Below are positions 61,966 to 64,000 of a stretch of DNA of 64,000 nt, piece by piece. Made by a program: the position numbers and the translations under genes. The notes beneath the pieces were generated by a model. That model was not told where the DNA came from. It worked only from the letters and a program-made list of their open reading frames with translations, and ran no database searches. Each line of letters begins with the position of its first letter. Positions within the stretch are counted from its first letter, which is position 1. The stretch is from Squalus acanthias. Its lineage: Eukaryota. The stretch lies in contig CM059431.1 in the NCBI GenBank assembly GCA_030390025.1, positions 109,556,001-109,620,000 of the forward strand, in the 5' to 3' direction.

Positions 61966-63013
61966 ATAGAAACATAGAAAATAGGTGCAAGAGTAGACCA
62001 TTCGGTCCTTCGAGCCTGCACCGCCATTCAATGCGTTCATGGCTGAACATGCTACCTCAGTACCCCATTCCTGCTTTCTCGCCATACCCCTTGATCCCCC
62101 TAGTTGTGAGTATTATATCTAACTCCCTTTTGAATATATTTAGCGAACTGGCCTCAACAACCTTCTGTGGTAGAGAATTCCACAGATTCACCACTCTCTG
62201 GGTGAAGAAGTTCCTCCTCATCTCAGTCTTAAATGGCTTCCCCTTTATCCTTAGACTGTGACCCCTGGTTTTAGTTTTCCCTAACATTGGAAACATTCTG
62301 CCCGCATCTAATTTGTCTAAACCAGTCAGGATTTTAAACGTCTCTATAAGATCCCCCCTCATTCTTCTGAACTCCAGAGGATACAAGTTCAGTTGGTCCA
62401 GTCTTTCTTGATATGTCAGTCTGGCCATCCCAGGAATCAATCTAATGAACCTTCGTTGCACTCCCTCAATAGCAAGAATGTCTTTCCTCAAGTTAGGAGA
62501 CCAAAACTGCACACAATACTCCAGGTGTGGCCTCACCAAGGCCCTGTACAACTGCAGCATCACCTCCCTACTCCTGTACTCAAATCCCCTTGCTATGAAG
62601 GCCATCATGCCATTTGCTTTCTTGACTGCCTGCTGCACTTGCCTTCCCACCTTCAGTGACTGATGTACCATGACGCCCAGGTCTCGTTGCACCTCCCCTT
62701 TCCCTAATCTGCCACCATTCAGGTAATAGTCTGCCTCCCTATTTTTACCACCAAAGTGGATAACCTCACATTTATCCACATTGTACTTCATCTGCCATAC
62801 ATTTGCCCATTCACCCAACCTGTCCAAGTCACTCTGTAGCCTCCTAGCATCCTCCTCATTGTTCACACTGCCTCCCAATTTAGTGTCATCCGCAAATTTG
62901 GAGATATTACAATTAATCCCTTCGTCCAAATCATTAATATATAATGTAAACAGCTGGGGCCCCAGCACCGAACCCTGCGGTACCCCGCTGGTCACTGCCT
63001 GCCATTCTGAAAA
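61966..63013 (-). mobile_element. Young CR1 LINE 3' portion with an uninterrupted RT C-terminal frame
   Basis: ORF 62057-63067: SGVPQGSVLGP, KFADDTKL through GYGEKAG, with no internal stop. Confidence 0.92.
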
Positions 63014-63239
63014 GTATGATATAAGTTTGGGAAGTCTGAATCCAGATCCTAGTGGAAACTGTCCCACTTAAGCACTAAAATTGGCAGGCTCATCAAGAGA
63101 GGTTATAGGCTGATTGTATAGAAAATGGTAATTTAGAGAGTGTTTCTCTAAGGTTAGGACTAAGGTACAAAGTCAGTGCAGAGGGGAGAGTAGTGGTACT
63201 ATACCTGACCTGGGAGTGCTTGGAGAATGACCAGAGGAG

Positions 63240-63332
63240 ATGGGTAGGCTCTCTCTTGTTGGAAATGGTCATTGTCTGGTACTTGTGTGGCGTGAATGTT
63301 ACTTGCCACTTACCAGCCCAAGCCTGAATGTT
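63240..63332 (-). mobile_element. Short LINE family B internal fragment
   Basis: Matches 43205-43300 (IQAWA.KWQVTF.PHK). Confidence 0.6.
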
Positions 63333-64000
63333 CTCTTAACTGCACCTTGGAAATATTGTTGCTGAAATGGTCCCCACATCTCAGAACTTCTCAATTATTG
63401 ACTCATGGTTCCAGAGCTGAGGATGAAGTCCTGAGAAAGCATTCTTGTGTTGCATAAATTATTTTGTAGGGTGGGGGGTGGGGGGGGGGGGGTAGGTGCC
63501 AGTACGATCAGCATACCACCAGTTCCAAAACTGAGGGAAAATGCTGGCTCCAAGATGTACACCTGCACAAGCATTGGTAAGGGCTCCGACTGACGCACAG
63601 GGATGTCTTCCCTCGCACAGAGGAGCTTCCATTAGATAGCTTTATCCTTCAGCGTCAGTTATCAGTAATAACATGACATCTAAATTATATGGAGTGAGTT
63701 TTTTTATGTGTAAGAGTGGCTGCCACTTGTCATAAATGTACAAATTGAATAGCATCATCAAGGATTTTAAAGTAAAATATTAATGGTCCTATAGCCTATT
63801 TAAAGTAATGTAGTGACCAAACCTCATATAACTTGATGAAAAATGTCATTTTTCCCCAGCTTAAAAAATGATCACCGATGAAATAAAAAGGTGTTCTGGA
63901 ATTAACCAGACTGTCCCATTTTTAATAAAGAATTCAAACAATGTTCAGGAAAGAATTCACTCTCCTCTCAATTCCCCAGCATATACTGGGGGGGGGGGGG

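Overview
Repeat-dense vertebrate genomic DNA, very probably from a shark or other cartilaginous fish (HE1-type V-SINE, Deu-domain SINEs, abundant CR1 LINEs). I could not identify a host protein-coding exon, so the window looks intergenic or intronic. Main structures: (1) a 4.5-kb full-length Harbinger/PIF DNA transposon (8785-13300) whose transposase has one nonsense codon, with a convergent, apparently intact 3-exon Myb/SANT gene and a 9x31-bp CpG-rich minisatellite; (2) many non-autonomous Harbinger-type MITEs, some nested; (3) two copies of a 1.5-1.7-kb solo LTR with 4-bp TSDs and a third, unrelated 1.2-kb solo LTR; (4) a decayed full-length Gypsy element with 120-bp LTRs carrying a CTCF-like motif and a tRNA-Ser PBS; (5) a CR1/L2-group LINE with a tRNA-derived 5' head and no ORF1, which hosts the Gypsy, an HE1 SINE and a CR1 and splits one copy of a local duplication; (6) an RTE LINE with a ~70-bp TSD; (7) Penelope-like termini with minimal hammerhead ribozyme cores. 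All calls were made by eye without database searches, and boundaries of degraded elements are approximate.
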